Counted from the stretch's first letter, positions 10,869 through 20,444 are shown. The stretch is 64,000 nucleotides of DNA from Candidatus Krumholzibacteriota bacterium (GCA_963764625.1 CAVXTH010000009.1:512001-576000), one strand, 5' to 3'. Numbers and translations are program-made. The notes: a model not told the origin generated them from the letters alone.

Positions 10869-11662
10869 ATGACGCTTCGCCTGAGCGATCTCAGCTTTTC
10901 CTATACCGAGGGCTTGCCCGTACTCTCGGGGCTTTCGCTCGAGCTCAGGCGCAAGGAGTTCGTGGCCTTGCTGGGCCCCAACGGGAGCGGGAAGAGCACG
11001 CTGCTTCGCCTGGCGTCCGGACTGCTGCCTCCGGGCCAAGGCAAAGTGGAGTGGGACGAGCGCGAGCTCTTCAGCTACTCGCGCCGCGAGCGCGCCCGCA
11101 AGATCGCATTTCTTCCCCAACAGGTGGAAAGCATCCACGTCCACACCGTGAGGGAAACCGTCGCACTCGGGCGTTATCCGTATCTGGGACCCTGGGGACG
11201 CCCACGCGAAATCGATCGGAAGGAAGTCGAGCTCGCCATGGAGCGCACCGAGGTCACCACGCTGGCCTCGCGTAACCTACGCGAGTTGAGCGGGGGGAAC
11301 GGCAGAGGGTCCATCTGGCGGCGGCGCTCGCGCAGGGAGGAGACCTTCTGCTTCTGGACGAACCGACCGTATCCCTCGATCTGCATCATCAAGTGCGGTT
11401 CATGTCGCTGCTCCAGGTCTTGGCCAGTGAGGGTCGAGCCGTGTTTTGCGCCACTCACGATTTGAATCTGGCCGCCGCGTTCGCGAGCCGCGTGGCGCTA
11501 CTGCACCGAGGCAGCTGCGTGGCCGAAGGAGACCCGGCCGATGTTTTGCAGGAGCAGCGTATCAAAGAGGTCTACGGCGAAGGTCTCTGGGTGGGCGCGC
11601 ATCCGGCCGGAGGGAAAGTCGCGGTCTTGCCCTCGATCCCGCGCGAAGGAGACGCGCGATGA
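10869..11662 (+). CDS. ABC ATPase (BtuD/FecE-like), split by a frameshift at the G6 run 11292-11297
   Basis: Walker A GPNGSGKST. Adding one G restores LSGGERQRVHLAAALAQ..LLLLDEPT and ATHDLNLA. Confidence 0.85.
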
Positions 11663-12651
11663 AGCGCTTGCTGCTTCTGGCCCTCTTCTGCGTGGTGGTG
11701 TTGATCGCCGCCCCCTTTCTGGGGAGCACTTCGATCGACGTGCGGGGAGCGATTCACGATCTGTTGGAGGGCACGCGAAGTCCTCGGGCGCAGATTCTCC
11801 TCTTGCGCGCGCCTCGTATTCTGCTCGGTCTTCTGGCCGGAGGAAGCCTCGCCGTCGCCGGCGCCGTCTTTCAGACTCTCTTGCGTAACGACCTGGCCAC
11901 GCCCTATACCCTGGGCGTTTCCTTCGCCGGTGCGCTGGGGGCGTTTCTCGCGTTGAGCGTTCCCGGTCTCGCCTTTGCGCTCGGTCCGCTTTCGTCGGTC
12001 ACTCTGTTCGCGTTCCTGTTCGCGGTACTCGACGTCGCGGTGTTGTACTTTCTCTCGCGGCGAGGCCGGCAGCTCAACACCAACGAGTTGTTGTTGGCTG
12101 GAGTCACTCTCAACTTCTTCTTCGGCGCCGCCATCCTCTTGCTGCGTTTCTTGAGCGACCCGTTCCGTCTGCGCGCGATGGACCATTGGATGATGGGCGG
12201 ACTCGCAGTGGGGGGCGCGAGTGCGCTGTCACCCTTGCCGGTGGTGCTTCTCCCCGCCCTCGTCCTGGTGGCGGTGCAGGTGGGCGCGCTCGACCAACTC
12301 GCATTCGGAGAAGAACTCGCGGGCAGCCGTGGCGTCGACGTCGAATCCACCCAGAAGATTTGTCTTCTCTCCGCGTCCGCTCTCACCGCGGTCGTGGTGG
12401 CGGTGACCGGACCCATCGGTTTCATCGGGCTCTTGGCTCCCCACGCCGCCCGACGCGTGCTCGGTCCCGCTCATCGCACTTTTCTGGTGGGCTCCTTCTT
12501 GTTGGGGGGAGGATTTCTCGTGCTGGCCGATTCCATCACCCGCAGCATGACTCTGGCCGGCAGGGGTGCGGAGCTTCCGGTGGGTGTTTTGACCGCGATC
12601 GTGGGCGCGCCGGTGTTCCTGGCGCTGTTGTTGCGAGCGAAGCGCGCGTGA
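11659..12651 (+). CDS. FecCD/BtuC-family ABC permease
   Basis: RAPRILL, FQTLLRNDLATPYTLGVS, GPIGFIGLLAPH, ELPVGVLTAIVGAP. Confidence 0.92.
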   Translation: MKRLLLLALFCVVVLIAAPFLGSTSIDVRGAIHDLLEGTRSPRAQILLLRAPRILLGLLAGGSLAVAGAVFQTLLRNDLATPYTLGVSFAGALGAFLALSVPGLAFALGPLSSVTLFAFLFAVLDVAVLYFLSRRGRQLNTNELLLAGVTLNFFFGAAILLLRFLSDPFRLRAMDHWMMGGLAVGGASALSPLPVVLLPALVLVAVQVGALDQLAFGEELAGSRGVDVESTQKICLLSASALTAVVVAVTGPIGFIGLLAPHAARRVLGPAHRTFLVGSFLLGGGFLVLADSITRSMTLAGRGAELPVGVLTAIVGAPVFLALLLRAKRA

Positions 12652-12699
12652 GCATCATCGGCGCTGGTCGAGGCCGCCGACTGCGGCTAGAATGAACCC

Positions 12700-13302
12700 A
12701 TGGTCAAACTGAACCGAATCTACACGCGCACCGGCGACGACGGATCGACCGGACTCAGCGACGGAAGCCGCGTATTCAAGGATGACATCCGGATTGCGGC
12801 CTACGGTTGCGTGGACGAGCTCAACGCCACCATCGGCATCTGCATCGGCGCTTGCGGCGCAAACGACGAATCCGCACACACCGCTCTCCAGAGCATTCAG
12901 CACGATCTCTTCGATCTGGGCGCCGATCTCTCCACTCCGCAGAAGCCGGAGGAGGGAAAATCCCCGTCCCCGGACACCGCCGCGCTGCGCATTGTACCCG
13001 AGCAAGTGAAACGGCTGGAAAAGCTCATCGACGCCGCTAACGAAAACCTGGCTCCGCTGAACAGTTTCGTTCTTCCCGGCGGTTCCTCACTGAGTCAATT
13101 TTTGCACCTGGCGCGTACGGTGTGCCGCCGCGCGGAACGCAAGACGGTGGCGCTCAGCCGCAAGGCGAAGGTCAATCCTCACGCCCTGCGGTACCTGAAT
13201 CGACTCAGCGATTTTCTCTTCGTCGCCTCTCGCATCGCCAACCACAACGGCGCGAAAGACGTGCTCTGGCAACCCGGTCACACCCGGGATCGAGAGTCGT
13301 GA
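12700..13302 (+). CDS. pduO: ATP:cob(I)alamin adenosyltransferase (PduO type)
   Basis: IYTRTGDDGSTGL, YGCVDELN, QHDLFDLG, FVLPGG, RTVCRRAER, YLNRLSD. Confidence 0.93.
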   Translation: MVKLNRIYTRTGDDGSTGLSDGSRVFKDDIRIAAYGCVDELNATIGICIGACGANDESAHTALQSIQHDLFDLGADLSTPQKPEEGKSPSPDTAALRIVPEQVKRLEKLIDAANENLAPLNSFVLPGGSSLSQFLHLARTVCRRAERKTVALSRKAKVNPHALRYLNRLSDFLFVASRIANHNGAKDVLWQPGHTRDRES

Positions 13303-14453
13303 ACTTCATGGACCGCCCCGTTCCCTTTTTCGATCTAAAGGCCCTGCTGGCTGCGCAGGGGAACGAGCTGCGCGCGGCGCTCCTGGAGGTTCTCGATTCC
13401 GGACGCTTTATCGGTGGCCCCAAGGTGCAAGAGCTCGAGAAGACCCTGGCGGAATTCGTCGGAGTCGAGCATGCCATCGCCTGCGCCTCGGGCACCGCTG
13501 CCGAGCAATTGCTTCTGATGGCTCTGGGTATCGGACCCGGGGATGAAGTGTTGGTCCCCGATTTCACTTTCGCCGCCACCGCCGAGGCGGTTCGCTTGGT
13601 GGGGGCCAGCCCCGTGTTTGTCGATGTCACGCCCGATAGCTTCACCATGGATCCCCAGGCGGCCCGGGCGGCCCTCAGCGAGAGGGTGAAGGCGATCGTC
13701 GCGGTGAGTCTCTTCGGACACCCGGCCCATCTGCTTGAACTGGAAGAACTCTGCCGCGAGCACGGGATTGCCCTGCTCGAGGACGCGTGCCAGAGTTTCG
13801 GCGCCGAAGTGGACGGCCGCGGCAGCGGCTCCTTCGGCCGTGCTGGTTTCACTTCCTTCTATCCGGCGAAGCCGCTGGGTGGTCTGGGCGACGGTGGGAT
13901 GATCTTCTGTAAGGACGATCAACTCGCCGCGCTTCTTCGGCGTTTGCGGCAACACGGCGAAGTCGGCCACCACCTCCACCAGGAGCTGGGCACCAACGCG
14001 CGACTCGACGCACTCCAGTGCGCGGCGCTTCTGGTGCGCGCGCGCGCATTCCCCGAGGAACTGAAAATGCGTCAGCGCATCGCGGAACTCTACCACGAGG
14101 CGCTTCGAGGGACGGTAGAGCTTCCTCAACTACGCGAGGGCTGCCGCTCTTCGTGGGCGCAGTACACCGTTCGACTTCCCGATGAAGCGCAGCGCGAGAC
14201 TTTTTGCCGTGAGCTGGCCGAGGAGGGGGTGCCCACCGTGGTGCACTATCCTCAGCCTCTACACACCCAGCGAGCATTCGCGGGCCCGAGTTCCCGAACT
14301 TCAAAGACGCCGGTGACGGAGACCCTCTGCCGCCAGGTCGTCTCGCTCCCGTTCTCGGCGTACATGGATCCAGCGGACCAAGAGCGCGTGATCTTGGCCA
14401 TTCAGTCCTGGGCTCAGCGGCGCGATTCCGCGGCGGCCGGCACTCGCGCTTGA
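13299..14453 (+). CDS. DegT/DnrJ/EryC1/StrS sugar aminotransferase (WbpE-like)
   Basis: CASGT, EDACQSFGA, SFYPAKPLGGLGDGG (PLP lysine), NARLDALQ. Start GTG 13299 or ATG 13308. Confidence 0.92.
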   Translation: MNFMDRPVPFFDLKALLAAQGNELRAALLEVLDSGRFIGGPKVQELEKTLAEFVGVEHAIACASGTAAEQLLLMALGIGPGDEVLVPDFTFAATAEAVRLVGASPVFVDVTPDSFTMDPQAARAALSERVKAIVAVSLFGHPAHLLELEELCREHGIALLEDACQSFGAEVDGRGSGSFGRAGFTSFYPAKPLGGLGDGGMIFCKDDQLAALLRRLRQHGEVGHHLHQELGTNARLDALQCAALLVRARAFPEELKMRQRIAELYHEALRGTVELPQLREGCRSSWAQYTVRLPDEAQRETFCRELAEEGVPTVVHYPQPLHTQRAFAGPSSRTSKTPVTETLCRQVVSLPFSAYMDPADQERVILAIQSWAQRRDSAAAGTRA

Positions 14454-14471
14454 GAGGATGGCGGTGACTGT

Positions 14472-17252
14472 ATGAAGGCTTGCAGGGCAAGCGGGTGTGA
14501 GTGGGTGAGGACGGCAGTCCTTATAATCGGACTGATCCTTCTCGTGGCTTTCAGAGCCAAGTACGCGGACGCGGCTGTGGCTGACGAAGAGGGCACGACG
14601 AGTTCCTGGGTTGCGGGGGCGGACTACGATCCTGCCGTACCGGCCCCCTCTTCCGTTTTGGGATTTGCGCTGGGGGAACGACCGGCCCCGGTCGATGCGC
14701 TCGTTGCCTACGCCCGCCTCCTGGCGAAGACGAGCGATCGGGTGAGCCTGCAGGAGATCGGCCACAGCGTGGAGGGCGTTCCCCTGTTGCTCTTGGCAAT
14801 CACCGATCCTTCGCAGCAAGCAGGAATGGAGGAGTCTCGTCGCGCGCTGCTTGACGCCCCGAATTCGCAGGGGAAGGCGGCAAGTGTGCCGCCTCTGCCC
14901 GCGGTGTGGATCGCCTGCAGCATTCACGGAGACGAGGCCAGTGGCTCCGACGCGGGAATGTTCTTGGCCTATCACCTGGCGGCCGATCGCAGCGAACAGA
15001 CGAAGACCCTGCTGAAGAAAATCCTCGTTCTCATCGACCCATGTCAAAACCCCGATGGACGACGGCGCTTCTTGGAGCACCTCCGCGCCTTCACGCGCCA
15101 AGCCGGCGGACCCGATCCCTATCCCCTTGCCATCGAACACACCCAGTTCTGGCCGGGCGGCCGCTACAACCACAACCTCTTCGACCTCAACCGGGACTGG
15201 GCCTTTCTCACGCAGCCTGAGACCCGGGCAAGGGTAGCGGCCTTCTTGCGCTTTGTGCCGCAGGTGTTCGTGGATCTGCACGAAATGGGTCCGTCCTCCA
15301 GCTATTTCTTTCCGCCCTCGGCCAAGCCGCACAATCCACTGCTTCCCGAGGAACTCCAGTCGTGGCTGGATGATTTCGGCAAAGCGAACGCGGCGGCCTT
15401 CGATGCCGCCGGGATGGATTACTTCGTGCGGGAGGAGTTCGATCTCTTCTACCCCGGGTACGGCGATTCGTGGCCGTGCCTTCAGGGCGCGATCGGGATG
15501 ACCTACGAACAGGCCACCACGCGCGGATTGTGCATCACGCCCGAAGGCAAGGCGACACGGAACTACGAAGACGCGGTCCACAACCACTTTCTCGCGGCTC
15601 TGACCACCTGCGTGGAGAGCGCCGCCAAGGGCAAGCAGCTCCTGGAGTATTCGCGCCGCTTCCGCCAGGAGGCCTTGCGCGAGGCGCACAAGCGCGATGT
15701 AAAGGAGATTATCTTCGACGCGAGCGAGCATCCGGCGGAAGCTAAACGATTGGCGTGGATATTGAGCACGCAAGGGGCGGAGGTTCTGCGCAGCAACACG
15801 GGCTTTGGGGCCGAGGTCTCGACACCGCAGAGCGGGGAGGAAGACAAGCGAGAGTTTCCCGCCGGCAGCTACCGCGTCGTGCTCGAGCAGCCGGCGTATC
15901 CGTTGCTTGCCAATTTGCTCGGCCCGGAGCAGCAGCTGGACGAGGATTTCTTGCAAGAAGAAGCCAGGCGTCACGAAGCGGGGCTTCGCAATCGCTTCTA
16001 CGATGTGACGGCTTGGAGCCTTCCTCTCGCGTTTGGTTTGACGAGCTATTACAGCTCCAAGAGTCTCCGCGTGGCCAGCGAGCGGGTAGACCCTCAGGCT
16101 CCTCCCAAGGTGGCGAAGCTCGATTCCACGGCGGCTTCGTACGGCTACCTGATTCCTTACCGCGACGACGCGGCACTCGTCGCCCTGACTTCACTCTGGC
16201 GCGGGGGCGCCCAGGTTTACCTGGCGCGCGATGCACTGCGCCAGGGCGGCGAAGACTTCCCTTCGGGAAGCTTTGTCCTCAAACGTTCGGCCCAGCCAAC
16301 TGGCCTCGACCTGGATTCTCTGCTCACCGAGGTGGTGTCTTCGACTGGGGTGCGCGCCGTTCCCACCGCGAGCGCATGGAGCGACGAAGGTCCTTCTCTG
16401 GGAAGTGATCGAGTCGTGCGGCTGCACCCGCCGCGCATCGTGGTCGCGACCGGACCTGGCGTGCGACCAACTGGCGTGGGCAGCTTGTTGTGGAGTTTGC
16501 AAGAGCACCTCGGGGTCGACTGCTCGGCGGTTCTCCTCGATCGGCTGGACGACGTGCGCCTGCGTGAGGTCGACGTCATCGTCTTGCCCGACATGGAGAA
16601 GCAGATGCCAGAGCTTCCACTGGAAGAACTTCGCAGCTGGGTCGACCAGGGCGGAACCCTGGTGGCCCTGGGCCGGGCCTGCGAAAAACTCATGGAGCTA
16701 CCCGATTGGCTGGAGGCCTCGCTCGTCTCCGATGCGAAGGCCGAAGAAAGCGGTGGCGCCGCGGCCGATCCGCGGAGTGGAACGCCGGGGCCGCCCCCGC
16801 CTGCGCTCTCGGACGAGGCGAACTGGCCCGAGGGGGCCCGCAACCCCACGAGCCGCACTTCCCCCCGCTCCCGCCACGACAGCGCTCATCCATTCAGCCA
16901 ACCCTCGCCCACTCCGGGGGCGATTTTCCGGCTCCAGCTCGCTCCCTATCACTTTCTCCGTTATGGCTCTGAGGCCCCTCTCTTCGCCCTGGTTCGCAGC
17001 GACCGCATGCTCCAGGCGGGCGAGGACGACCTGGTTTGTGCGTTCTACGCCGACCACGAACCCCGCGTGGCCGGCTTCGCCTGGCCCGAGATGACCGAAA
17101 GTCTGGCGGGACGTCCCTATGCGCTGTGCGAGGCGCACGAAAAGGGCAAGATCATCCTTTTCGCTGAGGACCCCACCTTTCGGGGAATCTGGCCGCTCAC
17201 GACGCGCCTGCTCGTGAACGCCATCCTACTGGGTCCCGCCCTGCCCCGTTAA
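14472..17252 (+). CDS. Secreted M14 zinc carboxypeptidase-family protein with C-terminal glutamine-amidotransferase-like domain
   Basis: SIHGDE (HxxE), NPDGR, DLNRD, DLHEM, FYDVTAWSLPL; signal peptide. Confidence 0.88.
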   Translation: MKACRASGCEWVRTAVLIIGLILLVAFRAKYADAAVADEEGTTSSWVAGADYDPAVPAPSSVLGFALGERPAPVDALVAYARLLAKTSDRVSLQEIGHSVEGVPLLLLAITDPSQQAGMEESRRALLDAPNSQGKAASVPPLPAVWIACSIHGDEASGSDAGMFLAYHLAADRSEQTKTLLKKILVLIDPCQNPDGRRRFLEHLRAFTRQAGGPDPYPLAIEHTQFWPGGRYNHNLFDLNRDWAFLTQPETRARVAAFLRFVPQVFVDLHEMGPSSSYFFPPSAKPHNPLLPEELQSWLDDFGKANAAAFDAAGMDYFVREEFDLFYPGYGDSWPCLQGAIGMTYEQATTRGLCITPEGKATRNYEDAVHNHFLAALTTCVESAAKGKQLLEYSRRFRQEALREAHKRDVKEIIFDASEHPAEAKRLAWILSTQGAEVLRSNTGFGAEVSTPQSGEEDKREFPAGSYRVVLEQPAYPLLANLLGPEQQLDEDFLQEEARRHEAGLRNRFYDVTAWSLPLAFGLTSYYSSKSLRVASERVDPQAPPKVAKLDSTAASYGYLIPYRDDAALVALTSLWRGGAQVYLARDALRQGGEDFPSGSFVLKRSAQPTGLDLDSLLTEVVSSTGVRAVPTASAWSDEGPSLGSDRVVRLHPPRIVVATGPGVRPTGVGSLLWSLQEHLGVDCSAVLLDRLDDVRLREVDVIVLPDMEKQMPELPLEELRSWVDQGGTLVALGRACEKLMELPDWLEASLVSDAKAEESGGAAADPRSGTPGPPPPALSDEANWPEGARNPTSRTSPRSRHDSAHPFSQPSPTPGAIFRLQLAPYHFLRYGSEAPLFALVRSDRMLQAGEDDLVCAFYADHEPRVAGFAWPEMTESLAGRPYALCEAHEKGKIILFAEDPTFRGIWPLTTRLLVNAILLGPALPR

Positions 17253-17899
17253 GCGCGCCGCGAAAGCCGGTTCGCGTCTTTACGACCTCGCTTGGGTAGA
17301 ATCATTCCATTCTGGAGAAGCCATTGCGTTGGGGCTGAGATTGGGTTCTCTTAGTAACGGAACCGGGGGGAACCCGGCTCCACGGGAAGACCGCTCCCGG
17401 CCGATCTCGGAAACCGCGGTCCAGAATTTCGCGACCACGTGCGGGCCGGACCGGTTTGTGGCGCTTGGAGATGCGACTGACACACGGGCGCCGTCGGTGC
17501 ATCTCGGTTAGGAATCACTCGCAGGGCGTGGCGAGGGTTCTCATTTACGTCGCAAGCGCTTGGTATTCCTCATGAGGTACTGGGACCAATCCTCATGATC
17601 AAAGGGCTCCAAGTTCGGTACGGCCCGCGCAACTTCTTCACCCCCCTGTGCGCTTCATCCTGCCTCGGCTCCCACCGGTAGCGCAACTCGAGCATGAACG
17701 GGCAGGGGGGTGTTCTTCGAACTGCAATGAAACTGCGTGGATTCTGGGCGGGGCGAGCGGAGCTTGCCTCGCCTTTTGCTGCTCGCTTCCTGGGCCAGAG
17801 CCGATTATCCTCCGAATCGAGCGCGAACCGCGCGCGCGAATCGCTCCCTTTTATTCCAAGGAAGCGGTTTGCGAGTTCGGACCTAGGAAGGAGAAGATC

Positions 17900-18376
17900 G
17901 TGGAATTCGTGAGCATTGCCGACGACGTGGTGTTGGGTAAGGACGTGAAAATCTATCGCTTCGTGAATCTCTACGGATGCCAGATCGGGGACGAATGTCG
18001 AATCGGCACCTTCGTGGAAATCCAGAAGGGCGCCGTGATCGGTCGTTACTGCAAGATCAGTAGCCATACCTTCATTTGCGAAGGGGTTCGAATCGGGGAG
18101 GGCTGCTTCATCGGACACGGGGTCGTGTTCATCAACGATCTTCATCCGCGCGCCGTCACCCCCAGCGGCAAGCCTGAGAAGGAAAAGGACTGGGCGGATC
18201 GCTTCGTTCCCACCGAGATCGGCGATCAGGTTTCGATCGGATCGGGTGCCATCATCATGGGTGGGGTGCGCGTGGGAACCGGCGCCGTCATCGGAGCCGG
18301 AGCGGTGGTAACTCGTGACGTGGCGCCGAAAGAGGTCGTCGCAGGGGTTCCCGCGCGGGTGCTGTATCACCTGTAG
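17900..18376 (+). CDS. Hexapeptide-repeat N-acetyltransferase (WbpD/WxcM-like)
   Basis: VNLYGCQIGDECRIGTFVEIQK, HTFICEGV, FINDLHPR, VVAGVPAR. GTG start with a GGAG RBS. Confidence 0.9.
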   Translation: MEFVSIADDVVLGKDVKIYRFVNLYGCQIGDECRIGTFVEIQKGAVIGRYCKISSHTFICEGVRIGEGCFIGHGVVFINDLHPRAVTPSGKPEKEKDWADRFVPTEIGDQVSIGSGAIIMGGVRVGTGAVIGAGAVVTRDVAPKEVVAGVPARVLYHL

Positions 18377-18395
18377 ACTCCGCTTGAGGCTCGAG

Positions 18396-18410
18396 CGGCA
18401 CCATTCTTGA
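18396..18410 (+). promoter_or_regulatory. sigma54-like -24/-12 promoter (variant -12)
   Basis: CGGCAC-CATTC-TTGA versus consensus TGGCAC-N5-TTGC, in the 90-nt gap before CDS 18466. Confidence 0.5.
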
Positions 18411-18465
18411 AACAGCATGCTTCTCGAGAGCGGTCTCGTCGTGGGGACGGGCGCTTTCCTATCGC

Positions 18466-19482
18466 ATGCGCACTGGCTTTCTCGTCACCCTCCCCGAGCA
18501 GCTCGAGTGTTTCGAGCCCATCCTGCGGCGTAGCCCTGGATCTTCCATCCTCGTGCCACAGGGCCTGTGGCCTTCTCCTCACCTCAATTCAAGGGACGAG
18601 CTGCTCCGGCTCACGCGGCAGCGCGGCCTGACCCCCGCCACCGAGCCCCAAAGGGAATTCGACCTGGTGGTGAGCCACGGGGAGCTTCCCGAGTCGAGTC
18701 TACGGGCCTGGCTGCGAGACCGGGGCACCCTGGTGCAGTGGCGCGGTCCCGGCGACCAGGGACGGCTCTCCTGGGCCACCCTGGCGCTTCTTTCCGGTCC
18801 CCGGTTGCACGAAGACGACCCTTTCTCGGCGAGCGAGATCGTCGGCGACCCGCAGTTGGACACGGCACTGCAGGTCGGTGCGCGGAGTCGCGCTCGAAGC
18901 TTCCTCGGACTCTCGACCGACCTTGGACGGCCCCTGTTCGTGCTGCGCGCGGAAGCGCAGTGCGGAGGCTTGAAGACTCTGGCCCCTGCTCTGGCGCGGC
19001 TGCGCCTCGACGCGGATTTGGTCTTGAGCTGCAGCAGTCTGCGTCGGCTCGACGATCCGAAGCCCTTCGACCGCGTCTTGAGTGGTCCGGGAATTTTGGT
19101 GGCGGGGGAGAAAATCGCGACAGCGGATCTGTTGGCCGCGGCGGATCTCGTCTTGGCCGAACCGGGGGAATTCTTGCTCCGCGCCGCTGCTCTGGGGCGG
19201 GTGAGTCTCGGTCTGGGTTCCTGGAACCTGAAGCGGAGTCTCGGCGGCAGGGGAACTCCGTTGGATGTCGCCTTAGCTGAATTCGAGTGGGTGGATGATA
19301 GTGATCGACTCTCCCGGGCGTTGGCTTGGGCTCAGGAGGATCCCCGCGCTCTCATGGTCTCCGCGTCCAAGGTTGCCCGAGGACTGCTGGGTCCGGTCGA
19401 TGGAAACTCGGTACGGCGCGCGGTCGAGGCGCTCAAGCTTTGGGGACCGCAGTGCGGAGCGCTCGAAGAGCAGTTCAGTTAA
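18466..19482 (+). CDS. Divergent GT-B fold protein, CDP-glycerol glycerophosphotransferase (TagF/EpsJ)-like, probably inactive
   Basis: IVGDPQLD (cf. GYPRxD), ADLLAAADLVLAEPGEF..AAALGR (cf. LL..ADILITDYSS..FD), PVDGNSVRR (cf. DG.AS.R). The conserved His motifs are absent. Confidence 0.55.
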   Translation: MRTGFLVTLPEQLECFEPILRRSPGSSILVPQGLWPSPHLNSRDELLRLTRQRGLTPATEPQREFDLVVSHGELPESSLRAWLRDRGTLVQWRGPGDQGRLSWATLALLSGPRLHEDDPFSASEIVGDPQLDTALQVGARSRARSFLGLSTDLGRPLFVLRAEAQCGGLKTLAPALARLRLDADLVLSCSSLRRLDDPKPFDRVLSGPGILVAGEKIATADLLAAADLVLAEPGEFLLRAAALGRVSLGLGSWNLKRSLGGRGTPLDVALAEFEWVDDSDRLSRALAWAQEDPRALMVSASKVARGLLGPVDGNSVRRAVEALKLWGPQCGALEEQFS

Positions 19483-19491
19483 ACGCTTGAT

Positions 19492-20334
19492 TCACTCTTT
19501 TTCCTGCATGGCCGCCGTCTGCCGCCCAAAGAGTCTCGGAGCGGTCGCCACGCGGGCGTAGCCCGGCTGGTGCTGGCAGGAATTCACCGCCAGAGGAGCG
19601 AGCACAAACCCTAGCGTTTCGATGCAGAGCTGCGCATGGGGGGAGGCGGCGGTCTCTTCGGTCAACACGAAGCCGGAGCATCCGGCGTGGGCGAACTCGC
19701 TGATCCATTCCAGTTGCGAAATCTTGGGCATTCTAGAATTCATCATGGTGCTCAAAATGCCGCCCGAGAGCAGAAGTGGACGGTATTGGCGCGCGCACGC
19801 CACGAGCGCGCGTTCGATCTGCCGATTCGCCCGGTCCTCACCCATTTCCCTCAGGTAATCTCCGTACGGCAGAACCAGGGCATCGCTGGCGGCGATGATC
19901 GATTCGAACTCCGCATCACCGAGCTCGTCGGGGCAGGGGAGAGAGCACGCAAGCTGGATGGAAGGCAGCAAGAGCTCACGCGCGTGGAAGATTTCCGTGG
20001 TTCCCCGCACACCGTTGAGTGAGACCCATTCGAAACTCTCGGCTGACGCGTAAATCAAGAACTCGCTCGTGGTCAAGAGGCTCGTGCGCCGGTGGTTGGA
20101 GGGACCCGGGAGGTCCAGGAGCGCGGGACAGGAATACGAAGCGCGCACGCGTGAAAAATCGGCGAGGCTTCCGTGGGCGGCGTCGAGCCGAATGAGATCG
20201 ACTCCCTGAAGCTGGGGGGTGGTGGGAGTCACGGTCGCGATGATCGAGGGCCTTATTCTCTTCTCCTGCCTGCGGGGTCGCACGGTCGCCATCCTCCCCG
20301 GTCCATCCATTCTCGCAGCAGCTCGATACAGCAT
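19492..20334 (-). CDS. Pyruvate-kinase-like barrel-only protein, catalytically degenerate
   Basis: IIATVTP / IRLDAAHG / LLDLPGP / DALVLPYGD / RPLLLSGGILSTM / SGFVLTEETA map in order onto PK motifs. No B or C domain. Confidence 0.8.
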   Translation of the reverse strand: MLYRAAARMDGPGRMATVRPRRQEKRIRPSIIATVTPTTPQLQGVDLIRLDAAHGSLADFSRVRASYSCPALLDLPGPSNHRRTSLLTTSEFLIYASAESFEWVSLNGVRGTTEIFHARELLLPSIQLACSLPCPDELGDAEFESIIAASDALVLPYGDYLREMGEDRANRQIERALVACARQYRPLLLSGGILSTMMNSRMPKISQLEWISEFAHAGCSGFVLTEETAASPHAQLCIETLGFVLAPLAVNSCQHQPGYARVATAPRLFGRQTAAMQEKE

Positions 20335-20429
20335 CGCCTCTCACCCCTGGTTGAACGACTGGCCCGGGACACATCCACCCCCTCATGGAGAGTGGATGGC
20401 GAGGGAAGTCCCGGGCACTACGCTGCACA

Positions 20430-20444
20430 GCAAGGCTGATGCCG
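20430..20444 (-). promoter_or_regulatory. sigma54 -24/-12 promoter of the PK-like gene
   Basis: Minus strand CGGCAT-CAGCC-TTGC with exact GG-N10-GC spacing, about 95 nt upstream of ATG 20334. Confidence 0.7.

Noticed and set aside
17355-17400. Cobalamin or ydaO riboswitch-like GGAACCGGGGGGAACCCGG
   Set aside because: The other conserved elements (GCAACTGT, B12 box, or ydaO 3' motif) are missing.
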